From: Oscillospiraceae bacterium
GTDB lineage: Bacteria; Bacillota; Clostridia; Oscillospirales; Ruminococcaceae
Length of the DNA: 64,000 nucleotides
Direction of reading: 5' to 3'
NCBI GenBank assembly: GCA_017483465.1
Contig: JAFUWN010000062.1
Coordinates: 10,085 to 74,084, forward strand
Translations under genes and position numbers: made by a program
In this document: positions 42,829 through 52,736 of the stretch, one piece after another
How positions within the stretch are numbered: position 1 is the first letter of the stretch
Layout of the letters: the number at the start of each line of letters is the position of its first letter
The notes under the pieces: model-generated
What the model saw: the letters and a program-made list of their open reading frames with translations, nothing else
Told to the model about the DNA's origin: nothing
The model's database searches: none

Positions 42829-44067
42829 ATGAAATTCAAAATTTTATCTGCACTGCTGAGTCTTGGCTTGTTATGCTCTATGCCGGTTCATGCCGCTGAT
42901 GAGGAAATCAAAACGGATATTATGAGCGGTCTGCGTTACAGCATTCAGGAAGATCATATTGTCATCCGGGGAATGGATAACAGATATTTTCAGTCAGAAA
43001 TTGTCATTCCCGAACAGATTGAAAATCTGCCCGTGACGGAAATCAATAAAAATGCATTTTCTTATCGTTCTGCTGATCTGACTGCTGTCACATTTCCTGA
43101 TACACTCGAAACCATCGGAGAAAATGCCTTTTATTACTCCGGTCTGAAACATATCGAAATTCCGGAGCATGTGACTTCTATCGGCAAAGGTGCCTTTATG
43201 GGTGTGGATACTGTCACGGTCGATGAAAATAATCCGGCCTTTACTGTTGAAAATAATATCTTATATAATAAAGATCTGACTGAATTTGTTCTGATTCCGT
43301 ATTCTGTTACAGAAGTCAATATTCCTGATACGATTACAGAAATCCCTGACAGAACTTTCGATTGTCATAAAGAACTGACTTCTGTCACACTCCCCGAAGG
43401 TCTGATTTCTATCGGACACAGGGCATTCAGTCAGACCGGTATTTCTGAAATCACGATTCCCTCGACTGTGACTGAAATCGGCAATCAGGCTTTTGAATTC
43501 TGTCCGAATCTGACGAGTATCACATTTGCTGAGGGCATGAAAACAATCCCCTCGAATCTGACGAAAATTGAAACGATCTACTGCGGTGTGGATGAAAATG
43601 GTAATCCTGACGGCTGGTCAGAATTTTCTTATGAATATTACGGCGGATTCATGCGTTCTTATGCTCTCCGGAAAATCTATCTTCCCAGTACACTCGAAAC
43701 CGTTCAGGAAAGCGTGTTCGGCTGTAATGAGTATTATTATCATCAGTTCGATGTTTTCTATCACGGCACAAGAGAGGACTGGCAGAATGTCATGATCAAT
43801 TCCGGAACTTCTGCCACGCTCGAAGAGGGCGGGAATCAGGCTCTTCTGACTGCAAATATGCATTTTCTGCCGTCTTCTGATGCTGTCATTGACGGGGATG
43901 TCACTCTTGATGATACTGTTACAGTAGCCGATCTGGTTCTTCTTAAAAAATATTTGTTAAATCAGAATGCATTATCAGAATACGAAGCAATCCGGGCTGA
44001 TTATAATCATGATAATGTGATTAATATTTTTGACTGGATTCTTCTGAAAAAGAACTTGATTTCCTGA
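42829..44067 (+). CDS. Secreted BspA-type LRR protein with C-terminal dockerin (412 aa)
   Basis: Signal peptide (PVHA|ADE). LRR_5-type units (IPEHVTSIGKGAF, LPEGLISIGHRAF, IPSTVTEIGNQAFEFCPNLTSI). Divergent dockerin DGDVTLDDTVTVADLVLLKKYLL..ADYNHDNVINIFDWILLKKNLI (nt 43891-44064). Confidence 0.88.
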   Translation: MKFKILSALLSLGLLCSMPVHAADEEIKTDIMSGLRYSIQEDHIVIRGMDNRYFQSEIVIPEQIENLPVTEINKNAFSYRSADLTAVTFPDTLETIGENAFYYSGLKHIEIPEHVTSIGKGAFMGVDTVTVDENNPAFTVENNILYNKDLTEFVLIPYSVTEVNIPDTITEIPDRTFDCHKELTSVTLPEGLISIGHRAFSQTGISEITIPSTVTEIGNQAFEFCPNLTSITFAEGMKTIPSNLTKIETIYCGVDENGNPDGWSEFSYEYYGGFMRSYALRKIYLPSTLETVQESVFGCNEYYYHQFDVFYHGTREDWQNVMINSGTSATLEEGGNQALLTANMHFLPSSDAVIDGDVTLDDTVTVADLVLLKKYLLNQNALSEYEAIRADYNHDNVINIFDWILLKKNLIS

Positions 44068-44078
44068 TTGCAATATTT

Positions 44079-44114
44079 AACCCCGAAGCACTTGAAAAAA
44101 TGCTTCGGGGTTTG
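44079..44114. terminator. Bidirectional terminator (LRR-dockerin gene / peptidase gene)
   Basis: Hairpin CCCCGAAGCA-N10-TGCTTCGGGG followed by TTTG. Confidence 0.65.
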
Positions 44115-44132
44115 TGATATTTTAGAAAATAA

Positions 44133-46331
44133 TTATCCGGCATCCTGATTCAGATATTCTTCCAGTGAACCGCTGAATGTTCCGGAACCCGTTGCAGAGG
44201 CATAAATCAGAATAATAGAGGCATCGGAGGCATCCAGTTCCTGATCTTTGTTGACATTTCCGGCGGCCTGCTGTTCTGCGTTCAGAGAGCATTCCGCACC
44301 GACACCGAGTTCCGCCGCTGCGGTCAGAATCCGTGCGGCATCTGTGGCATCAACCGTGCCGTTGCCGTCTGTATCGCCAAGCGTATAGACAATTTCACTG
44401 CTGCTGCCGTTTCCGATCTTCTGGGCTGTAATTGTAAAATCAGCCGTCAGTCTGTTTCCGCAGTCATAGGTATATTGAATCGTTGTATCTGTCGGAATAA
44501 TCTGACTGCCTGAAATTTCTGCTCCGGAGATAGAAAGAATTTTGGAAGTATCAATATTCAGAGAGGACAGATATTCTGTGCTGACGGTCTCCAGAGTCAG
44601 GCCGCATCCTGTACAGCTGAATGTATTGGACATCAGCAGGGGATTACTGTTCAGATCCAGTGCCACAACAGAACAATCCGTGATTGTCAGCCGTTCCAGA
44701 CTGGTCAGATGTTCGATACCCTTGAGAGAGGTGGGAGTATTAGTTGTCTTGCCGGTGACGGTAATGCCTGTAATATTGTCAATTTCAGAAGTGGAAAGAA
44801 TCTTGTTTCCGTCTGTATCATGATCGGCATTGCCGACAAAGTTTCTCAGAGGTGCATAGGGGAAATTGGATTCATTAATAATAATTCCGTCTTTGGCAAA
44901 GGCCTTGATACAAAGATTGGCTGTTGCATTGGTCGTGTAATCGTCATAATATTCTTTCCAGTTCGTGTAAGTATCTGTATCAGGGTCATAAGAAGCAAGA
45001 TACGATACACCGGAGCGGTTTGACGGCATATCATACGGAATACTGCCGATATTTTTTCCGGTTTTGTGATAGGCAATCACAACAGAGAATTTTTTCCCTT
45101 TTTCTGCGAATACGGGCGTTTCCAGCTGAATGGTGTGATAACCTTCATAAGGAATATTTCCGGACTGCCTGGAAGCCAGTTTGCCGTTCATAGGGTTTGC
45201 ATCGGAAGTATCAACATCTGTATAGACAGAAATGGTATAATCTGTATCGGGATAGCTCGTCCGTATGGAAACAGCTGTGATATTTTCGTTTTTCTCCGGA
45301 GTAAAGATATTAGCTCCGGCTGTTCCGGGGGAATTGTTGCGGTAGACGGAATTCGCCAGACCGTTGTCATACTGATAGATTGCATCATAATTGCTGACGG
45401 ATTCCATCTGAAAAGAAGTGAAATTATTAATTGAAGTATCAAAATAAGAAATATAGAAAAAGCCGTTATTGCCCCACTCTGTACCCCAGCTGTTTTTACA
45501 GAGCCATGCTCCGTCCTCCGGCGGAGTAATATCAAAATTTGATTTTGAAAAATGATCATCCCAGCCGATTACTGTTACTGCATGGCCGTGATCCATGTAA
45601 TTTTCATTCGAGGGATCAATATTATAATAATATGCATAATTGGATTCAGAATAATAAGCACTGTCGTCATAGTAAGAGACAGATAAGGCACCGTGCTCCA
45701 TCAGACAAAGCTTGATTCCGTAAATATCATCTGACTGAAGAACATCCGTGTTCTGAAGATGTGCAGAAGCAGTATAGCGTTCTGATTCTGAAATACCTCT
45801 TGTATCAGTAATCGGGGGAGCATTCGCCTCCAGTTGTGCTCCGACCCAGCTTCCCAGAACACTCGTTGCTTTGGAAGCATTCGAGCCGTCATTCAGATAG
45901 CCGTCAAGCCCTTTGTTATTGCCTTTCTGATATAACGGATCAGAAGCAATGGTACTGTAGCGGCAGTTCCCGAACCAGACAAGATGGGTTTCAGATAAAT
46001 CTATTTCACCGGTTATATGATTGGCATTCAGAACTGTATCAGCAAGTCCGGTTTTTATCATATTGGATTCCGCCGAGGCAAGTGCAGCATGTGCCCAGCA
46101 TGTGCCGGTAGTATCCTGATCTTTGACAGATGTCACCATGCCATAGTCACGCAGATCATAAGTTTCAGGCAGAGAAGCATCCAGGGCTTTGGAATAGCTG
46201 CCTGTCAGATGATGCAGAGCCGGTCTGTCAATGCCGTTTTCTACAGCGGAAGCCGGAAGCGGACAGCTTGCCGCATAAATCAGAAGTGCTGAGAAAATAA
46301 CAGCTGTTTGTAGTGTAAAGCGGGATTTCAT
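44133..46331 (-). CDS. Secreted papain-family (C1) cysteine peptidase with LRR region and dockerin
   Basis: Start at ATG 46331 behind AAGAAAGGG; the track TTG at 46397 is the -35 hexamer. Signal peptide. C1 motifs: DQDTTGTCWAHAALAS (Cys), HGHAVTVIGWDD (His), NSWGTEWGNNGFFYISY (Asn/Trp). Internalin-like LRR: LKGIEHLTSLERLTITDC. Two-repeat dockerin GDTDGNGTVDATDAARIL..NKDQELDASDASIILIYASATG (nt 44136-44378). Confidence 0.9.
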   Translation of the reverse strand: MKSRFTLQTAVIFSALLIYAASCPLPASAVENGIDRPALHHLTGSYSKALDASLPETYDLRDYGMVTSVKDQDTTGTCWAHAALASAESNMIKTGLADTVLNANHITGEIDLSETHLVWFGNCRYSTIASDPLYQKGNNKGLDGYLNDGSNASKATSVLGSWVGAQLEANAPPITDTRGISESERYTASAHLQNTDVLQSDDIYGIKLCLMEHGALSVSYYDDSAYYSESNYAYYYNIDPSNENYMDHGHAVTVIGWDDHFSKSNFDITPPEDGAWLCKNSWGTEWGNNGFFYISYFDTSINNFTSFQMESVSNYDAIYQYDNGLANSVYRNNSPGTAGANIFTPEKNENITAVSIRTSYPDTDYTISVYTDVDTSDANPMNGKLASRQSGNIPYEGYHTIQLETPVFAEKGKKFSVVIAYHKTGKNIGSIPYDMPSNRSGVSYLASYDPDTDTYTNWKEYYDDYTTNATANLCIKAFAKDGIIINESNFPYAPLRNFVGNADHDTDGNKILSTSEIDNITGITVTGKTTNTPTSLKGIEHLTSLERLTITDCSVVALDLNSNPLLMSNTFSCTGCGLTLETVSTEYLSSLNIDTSKILSISGAEISGSQIIPTDTTIQYTYDCGNRLTADFTITAQKIGNGSSSEIVYTLGDTDGNGTVDATDAARILTAAAELGVGAECSLNAEQQAAGNVNKDQELDASDASIILIYASATGSGTFSGSLEEYLNQDAG

Positions 46332-46368
46332 AGTGAATTCACCCTTTCTTTTGTGTTGTGTTAATTCT

Positions 46369-46397
46369 ATTTTATCATATCTGAAATCGAATGTCAA
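46369..46397 (-). promoter_or_regulatory. Sigma-A promoter of the peptidase gene
   Basis: Minus strand TTGACA-17-TAAAAT with TGA extension. Confidence 0.6.
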
Positions 46398-46514
46398 TTA
46401 CTAAGCATAAAATAATCCGTTTCCGGAATCAGCTTTGTTTTTTTCAGCATTTTTTTAATTTTTTTAAGTTCTTTGTGTTGAAACTTAATTTTATAAATTG
46501 TTTTCTCTTTTTTA

Positions 46515-46543
46515 TTGACAAGTTTCCGAATCTGATGTAAAAT
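46515..46543 (+). promoter_or_regulatory. Sigma-A promoter of gltBD
   Basis: TTGACA-17-TAAAAT with TGA/TG extension, followed by a ~115-nt leader. Confidence 0.6.
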
Positions 46544-46661
46544 AAACGCATAGATAAATACAAGAAAGCAACGACGCTTGAAACAGCTCATGATAAATGG
46601 GCTTGTCTCGGTGTCGTTTTTTGTTTTGATTCTGAATCTATAGCAGGAGAGTGGAAATATT

Positions 46662-49600
46662 ATGATGAATCATTTCAGAAATCAGGAACCCTATCCGGAA
46701 CAGGGGCTGTATTCCCCAAGATTTGAACACGATGCCTGCGGCATCGGTGCAGTCGTGAATATCAAGGGTGTTCCGTCAAGACGTGTCGTGGAAGATGCTC
46801 TGAATATTGTCGAACATCTCGAACATCGTGCCGGAAAAGATGCCGAGGGCAAAACCGGTGACGGTGTCGGAATTCTATTGCAGATTTCTCATGCCTTTTT
46901 TTCGCAGGAAGCTGAAAAATTACATATTCAGCTCGGAGAAGCAAGAGATTATGGCATCGGCATGTTCTTTTTTCCGCAGGATGAACTGAAACGCCGGCAG
47001 GCTAAAAAATTATTCGAGATCATCACCGAAAAAGAAGGCATGGAAGTCCTCGGCTGGCGTGAAGTGCCCACTGTTCCCGAAATCCTCGGAGAAATGGCTT
47101 TTGAGAGTATGCCCTCTGTATGGCAGGCTTTCGTAAAACGTCCCGATGCCTGTCCAAAGGGTCTTGCTTTTGACAGAATGCTGTATATCGCAAGACGTGT
47201 GTTTGAACAGAGTAATGAAAATACGTATGTCGTTTCGCTTTCCAGCCGGACGATTGTCTATAAAGGCATGTTCTTAGTTACGGAATTAAGAAGATTTTTC
47301 CCTGATCTGCAAAATGATCTGTATGAATCTGCAATTGCTACCGTACATTCCCGGTTCAGTACGAATACAACTCCCAGCTGGCAGAAAGCCCATCCGAACA
47401 GATTGATTGTCCATAACGGCGAGATCAACACAATCACAGCAAATGCTGATAAAATGCTTGCCCGTGAAGAATCTATTGACTGTGCGGTTCTGAAAGAAAA
47501 TATGCATAAACTGCTCCCGATTATTGATGTCAATGGTTCGGACTCCGCACGGCTTGATAATACGCTTGAATTCTTAGTTATGGCCGGTATTCCGCTGCCG
47601 AAAGCTGTCATGCTCCTGATTCCTGAACCGTGGAAGCATAACAGAGCTATGAACAGAGATAAAAAAGATTTTTATCAGTATTATGCTACCATGATGGAAC
47701 CCTGGGACGGCCCTGCTTCGATCCTGTTCTCAGACGGCGACCTGATGGGAGCAGTCCTTGACAGAAACGGCCTCAGACCTTCCAGATATTATATCACGGA
47801 TGACGGCTTTTTAATTCTCTCTTCCGAAGTCGGAACGCTCGATCTTCCGGCAGAACATATTCTGCATAAGGACAGACTGAAACCCGGAAAAATGCTTCTC
47901 GTCGATACCGTACAGGGCAGAGTCATTGATGATGATGAAATCAAGAATTTCTATGCCTGTCAGCAGCCCTACGGTGAATGGCTCGATACGAATCTTGTCA
48001 AGCTCCGTCAACTGCATATCCCGAATCATCATATTGATTATTATGATCATGAGAAACTCTGCCAGATGCAGAAAGCTTTCGGCTATACTTACGAAGAAAT
48101 CAGAAATTCCATCCTGCCGATGGCAGAAAACGGCTCTGAACCGATTGCTTCTATGGGTGCGGATAACCCTCTGCCGTCACTGTCCGGACAGAATCCGCCT
48201 TTGTTTGATTATTTCCGTCAGCTGTTCGCTCAGGTGACGAATCCGCCGTTTGATGCCATTCGTGAAGAAATCGTTACAGATACCAGTATGTATATCGGTT
48301 CTGACGGTAATCTGCTCGAAGAAAAAGCCTCGAACTGTCATGTGCTCCGTGTGGATAATCCGATTCTGACAGATACGGATATGCTCAAAATCAAATACAT
48401 GCAGGTCGAAGGCATGAAAGTCGAAATTATCCCGATCACATATTATAAAAATACTTCTCTGAAAAATGCAATCCGTCATTTATTCATCCGTGCCGATAAA
48501 GCCTACAGAGACGGTGCGAATTTCCTGATTCTCTCCGATCGTGATGTTGATGAATATCATGTTGCCATGCCCTCGCTCTTAGCCGTTGCCGCACTCCAGC
48601 AGCATCTTGTAACTACCAGAAAAAGAACAGCAATGGCCTTGATTCTCGAAACTGCTGAACCCCGTGAAGTACATCATTTTGCGACTCTGCTCGGATACGG
48701 TGCAAGTGCAATTAATCCGTATCTGGCTCATGAAACGATCAGAGAACTCACAGAATCCGGTGCTCTCGATAAAGATTACTATGCCGCCGAAGCGGATTAT
48801 GATTCCTGTATTCTGCATGGTATTGTCAAGATCGCTTCTAAGATGGGTATTTCTACGATTCAGTCCTATCAGGGTTCTAAATTATTTGAAGCTGTCGGTG
48901 TCAGTCAGGAAGTTATTGACGAATATTTCACAGGCACTGTCAGCCGGGTCGGCGGTATCACACTCAAAGAAATTGAAAAGCGTGTGGATGATCTGCATTC
49001 TTCGGCATTCGATCCGCTCGAACTTGGTACCGAAACAGAAGTCTCCAGTATCGGAACGCATAAAATGAGAAATCCGCATGAAGAACATCTCTATCGTCCG
49101 GAAACAATCCATCTGCTTCAGAAAGCCAGCAGAACCGGAGATTATGAAGTCTATAAACAATATGCCGAATCTGTTCATCAGGAAGGCAGAAATATGCAGC
49201 TCCGTGATATGCTGGATTTCGTCTATCCCGAAAACGGCGGTATTTCTCTGGATGAAGTCGAGCCTGTGGAAAGCATTCTGAAACGTTTCAAGACAGGGGC
49301 TATGTCTTACGGTTCGATTTCTCAGGAAGCTCATGAAACACTCGCTGTTGCTATGAATCGAATCGGAGGAAAATCCAACAGCGGTGAGGGCGGTGAAAGT
49401 CCGGAGAGAATCGCAACTGCCGGAACAGATCATGATTGCAGCTCGGCAATAAAACAAGTCGCTTCGGGAAGATTCGGCGTAACTTCGGAATATCTTGTCA
49501 GTGCAAAGGAATTGCAGATCAAATGTGCTCAGGGTGCAAAACCCGGTGAGGGCGGACATCTTCCGGCTGGAAAAGTTTATCCGTGGATTGCCAAAACAAG

Positions 49601-51197
49601 ACATTCTACCCCCGGAGTCGGCCTGATTTCTCCGCCGCCGCATCATGATATTTATTCTATCGAAGATTTGGCACAGTTAATCTATGATCTGAAAATGTCG
49701 AATATTCATGCAAGAATTTCCGTCAAGCTGGTATCAGAAGCCGGTGTCGGTACGGTTGCGGCAGGTGTCGCAAAAGCCGGAGCCGGAGTTGTTCTGATTT
49801 CCGGTTATGACGGCGGTACGGGTGCGGCTCCGGCCACTTCGATTCATCATGCCGGACTCCCGTGGGAACTCGGTGTTGCGGAAACACATCAGACGTTATT
49901 ATTAAATCATCTGCGTTCCAGAGTCGTAATTGAAACAGACGGTAAACTAATGTCCGGCCGTGATGTATTAGTTGCTGCTCTGCTCGGTGCGGAGGAATAT
50001 GGCTTTGCAACGGCTCCGCTGGTTACTATGGGTTGTATGATGATGAGAGTCTGCAATCTTGATACCTGTCCTGTCGGTATTGCGACTCAGAACCCGGAAC
50101 TCAGAAAACGCTTCACAGGCAAGCCGGAATATGTCATCAATTTCCTGACATTCGTCGCTCAGGAACTGCGGGAATATATGGCAAAATTAGGAATCCGGAC
50201 AGTGGATGAGTTAATCGGCAGAACCGATCTGTTATGTATCAAAGATCAGCCTGAACACAGCCGAGCACATCTGATGGATTTGACTGCTCTCATGCATAAA
50301 AAAGAAAATTCGCATTTCAAACCCGAAGATGCTTATGATTTCCATCTTGAAAATACACTCGATGAAAAAGTACTTCTCAAGAAAATGCCGCTGAACGGCC
50401 ATAAAAAACAGATTACTGTCCATGTTACAAATACAGACAGAACATTCGGAACTATGTTCGGTTCAGCGATTACCAGAAAATTCGGAACTTCTCTCGAAGA
50501 AGATACTTACAGAATCAAATGCATCGGCAGCGGCGGACAGAGTTTCGGTGCATTTATCCCGAAAGGCCTGACTCTTGAACTCTGCGGCGACAGTAACGAC
50601 TATTTCGGAAAAGGTCTTTCCGGCGGTCAGCTGATTGTCTATCCGCCTGAAAATGCCGCATTCAAAGCCGAAGAAAATATTATCATCGGCAATGTCGCTC
50701 TGTACGGTGCGACAAGCGGTAAAGTATTTATCAACGGCATCGCAGGCGAACGCTTCGCTGTCCGGAATTCCGGAGCATTCGCAGTCGTCGAGGGTGTCGG
50801 TGATCATGGATGTGAGTATATGACAGGCGGCCGTGTTGTTGTCCTCGGCAGAACCGGTAAAAACTTCGCCGCAGGTATGAGCGGCGGTATCGCTTATGTA
50901 CTCGATGAAGACAGAGATTTGTATTTAAGATTAAATAAAGAACTTGTTTCACTCGAAGAAGTTACGGAAAAATATGATGTTCTGGAACTAAAAACGCTGA
51001 TCGAAGAACATGCTCAGGCTACCGGCTCGGAAAAAGCTAAGAGAATTTTAGAAAATTTCGCTGAGTATCTGCCGAAGTTCAAGAGAATCATGCCCCATGA
51101 TTATGCAAGAATGCGTCAGGCAATTCTTAAAATGGAAGAAAAAGGCATGAAAACCGAAGAGGCCGAAATCGAAGCGTTCTATCTGACAGTCAGATAA
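46662..51197 (+). CDS. gltB: Glutamate synthase large subunit
   Basis: 1511 aa. N-terminal Ntn amidotransferase with the catalytic Cys (HDACGIG), central and FMN-binding domains (GAMSYGSIS, GEGGE), and a C-terminal GXGXG domain. Confidence 0.97.
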   Translation: MMNHFRNQEPYPEQGLYSPRFEHDACGIGAVVNIKGVPSRRVVEDALNIVEHLEHRAGKDAEGKTGDGVGILLQISHAFFSQEAEKLHIQLGEARDYGIGMFFFPQDELKRRQAKKLFEIITEKEGMEVLGWREVPTVPEILGEMAFESMPSVWQAFVKRPDACPKGLAFDRMLYIARRVFEQSNENTYVVSLSSRTIVYKGMFLVTELRRFFPDLQNDLYESAIATVHSRFSTNTTPSWQKAHPNRLIVHNGEINTITANADKMLAREESIDCAVLKENMHKLLPIIDVNGSDSARLDNTLEFLVMAGIPLPKAVMLLIPEPWKHNRAMNRDKKDFYQYYATMMEPWDGPASILFSDGDLMGAVLDRNGLRPSRYYITDDGFLILSSEVGTLDLPAEHILHKDRLKPGKMLLVDTVQGRVIDDDEIKNFYACQQPYGEWLDTNLVKLRQLHIPNHHIDYYDHEKLCQMQKAFGYTYEEIRNSILPMAENGSEPIASMGADNPLPSLSGQNPPLFDYFRQLFAQVTNPPFDAIREEIVTDTSMYIGSDGNLLEEKASNCHVLRVDNPILTDTDMLKIKYMQVEGMKVEIIPITYYKNTSLKNAIRHLFIRADKAYRDGANFLILSDRDVDEYHVAMPSLLAVAALQQHLVTTRKRTAMALILETAEPREVHHFATLLGYGASAINPYLAHETIRELTESGALDKDYYAAEADYDSCILHGIVKIASKMGISTIQSYQGSKLFEAVGVSQEVIDEYFTGTVSRVGGITLKEIEKRVDDLHSSAFDPLELGTETEVSSIGTHKMRNPHEEHLYRPETIHLLQKASRTGDYEVYKQYAESVHQEGRNMQLRDMLDFVYPENGGISLDEVEPVESILKRFKTGAMSYGSISQEAHETLAVAMNRIGGKSNSGEGGESPERIATAGTDHDCSSAIKQVASGRFGVTSEYLVSAKELQIKCAQGAKPGEGGHLPAGKVYPWIAKTRHSTPGVGLISPPPHHDIYSIEDLAQLIYDLKMSNIHARISVKLVSEAGVGTVAAGVAKAGAGVVLISGYDGGTGAAPATSIHHAGLPWELGVAETHQTLLLNHLRSRVVIETDGKLMSGRDVLVAALLGAEEYGFATAPLVTMGCMMMRVCNLDTCPVGIATQNPELRKRFTGKPEYVINFLTFVAQELREYMAKLGIRTVDELIGRTDLLCIKDQPEHSRAHLMDLTALMHKKENSHFKPEDAYDFHLENTLDEKVLLKKMPLNGHKKQITVHVTNTDRTFGTMFGSAITRKFGTSLEEDTYRIKCIGSGGQSFGAFIPKGLTLELCGDSNDYFGKGLSGGQLIVYPPENAAFKAEENIIIGNVALYGATSGKVFINGIAGERFAVRNSGAFAVVEGVGDHGCEYMTGGRVVVLGRTGKNFAAGMSGGIAYVLDEDRDLYLRLNKELVSLEEVTEKYDVLELKTLIEEHAQATGSEKAKRILENFAEYLPKFKRIMPHDYARMRQAILKMEEKGMKTEEAEIEAFYLTVR

Positions 51198-51229
51198 AAA
51201 TCAGAACAGAGAAGGAGAGTGTTTCAGTT

Positions 51230-52690
51230 ATGGGTAAACCTACTGGATTTTTAGAATATACACGCTGTCAGAATACAGATGTGCCTGTTTCGGACAGAAT
51301 CAAGAATTATGAAGAACTGCATACCCCTCTGCCGGATGATATCCGGCAGGAGCAGGCCGCAAGATGTATGGACTGCGGTGTGCCGTTCTGTCAGTCAGAT
51401 TACGGATGTCCGCTGCATAATCTGATTCCGGAATGGAATGATTTATTATATCACGGCGAATTTCATACAGCTGTCAGAAGATTGTTAATGACTAATAATT
51501 TTCCGGAATTTACTTCCAGAGTATGTCCCGCTCTGTGTGAATCGGCTTGTATCTGCAATCTGCATGATACGCCTGTCACAAACCGGGATAATGAAAATTT
51601 CCTGATTGAACATGCCTATGCTTCCGGCTTGATGCAGGCAAATCCTCCGGCTGTCCGGAGTGGAAAGAAAGTTGCTGTAATCGGCTCAGGTCCTGCCGGA
51701 CTTGCGGCTGCTGATCAGCTGAATAAAAGAGGGCATTCAGTGACAGTTTTTGAACGTTCGGACAGAATCGGCGGTCTGCTGATGTACGGCATTCCCAATA
51801 TGAAACTGGATAAATCCGTAATTGACAGAAGAGTCAAGCTCATGCAGGAAGAGGGCGTTGTTTTTCAGACCGGTGTCAATATCGGAAAAGAGAAACAGGC
51901 AGAAGAAATTCTGAATCAGTTCGATGCCGTTGTCTTAGCCTGCGGAGCTTCTCAGCCCAGAGATCTCAAACTTCCCGGCCGGGAGGCCAAAGGCATTTAT
52001 TTTGCTGTGGAATACCTCACAGCCACAACAAAAACGCTGTTAAATCATCAGAATCCGGAAGAATCACCAATTTCAGCAAAAAATAAGAGAGTAATCATCG
52101 TAGGCGGCGGCGATACAGGAAACGACTGTGTTGCAACAGCCATCCGTCAAGGTGCGGTTTCGGTAACTCAGCTCGAAATGATGCCGAAACTTCCCGATTC
52201 CCGTGCTGATTCCAATCCATGGCCGGAATATCCCCGTATCTGTAAAACCGATTACGGTCAGCAGGAGGCAATTGCGGTATTCGGTCATGACCCCAGAATC
52301 TACGAGACGACTATCAAGAGCTTTCAGGCAGATGAAAATCAGAATCTGAAATCTGTGGAATTAGTCAAAGTCAGATTTGAAAGTAATCCTGAAACCGGAA
52401 AACGGGAACTTCATGAAGGTGAAATTTCTGTCATGGATGCAGATTTAGTCCTGATTGCCGCCGGATTCTTAGGATCTGAAAATTATATTGCCGATGCTTT
52501 CGGTATCAGCCTGAATGCCAGAAATCAGACCGAAACACTCCTGAATTCTCATCAGACTGCCGTGCCTAAAATTTTTACTGCCGGAGATATGCACAAAGGA
52601 CAGTCTCTGGTTGTCCGTGCCATTGCTGACGGCAGGGCGGCCGCCAAAGATGTCGATCTCTATCTTATGGGCTATACCAATCTGCCTTGA
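51230..52690 (+). CDS. gltD: Glutamate synthase small subunit (NADPH)
   Basis: N-terminal Fe-S Cys clusters (CMDCGVPFC, CPALCESAC) and dinucleotide-binding motifs (VAVIGSGPAGLAAA, VIIVGGGDTGNDC); 486 aa. Confidence 0.96.
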   Translation: MGKPTGFLEYTRCQNTDVPVSDRIKNYEELHTPLPDDIRQEQAARCMDCGVPFCQSDYGCPLHNLIPEWNDLLYHGEFHTAVRRLLMTNNFPEFTSRVCPALCESACICNLHDTPVTNRDNENFLIEHAYASGLMQANPPAVRSGKKVAVIGSGPAGLAAADQLNKRGHSVTVFERSDRIGGLLMYGIPNMKLDKSVIDRRVKLMQEEGVVFQTGVNIGKEKQAEEILNQFDAVVLACGASQPRDLKLPGREAKGIYFAVEYLTATTKTLLNHQNPEESPISAKNKRVIIVGGGDTGNDCVATAIRQGAVSVTQLEMMPKLPDSRADSNPWPEYPRICKTDYGQQEAIAVFGHDPRIYETTIKSFQADENQNLKSVELVKVRFESNPETGKRELHEGEISVMDADLVLIAAGFLGSENYIADAFGISLNARNQTETLLNSHQTAVPKIFTAGDMHKGQSLVVRAIADGRAAAKDVDLYLMGYTNLP

Positions 52691-52698
52691 ATAAAACA

Positions 52699-52736
52699 AA
52701 AATCTGTCTGTAGTGCGATACAGACAGATTTTTTTA
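52699..52736 (+). terminator. gltBD terminator
   Basis: Hairpin AATCTGTCTGTA-gtgcga-TACAGACAGATT followed by TTTTT. Confidence 0.8.

Noticed and set aside
46394-46591. 65-aa minus-strand ORF in the peptidase/gltB divergent promoter region
   Set aside because: Its product is Lys/Ile/Phe-rich from AT-rich promoter DNA. It overlaps both mapped promoters and has no RBS.
46544-46661. Glutamine riboswitch, T-box or ANTAR dual-hexaloop target in the gltB leader
   Set aside because: None of the conserved cores I know for these elements is present: no T-box sequence, no glnA-motif pseudoknot core, and no paired hexaloops with A1/G4. It is kept only as a generic attenuator candidate.
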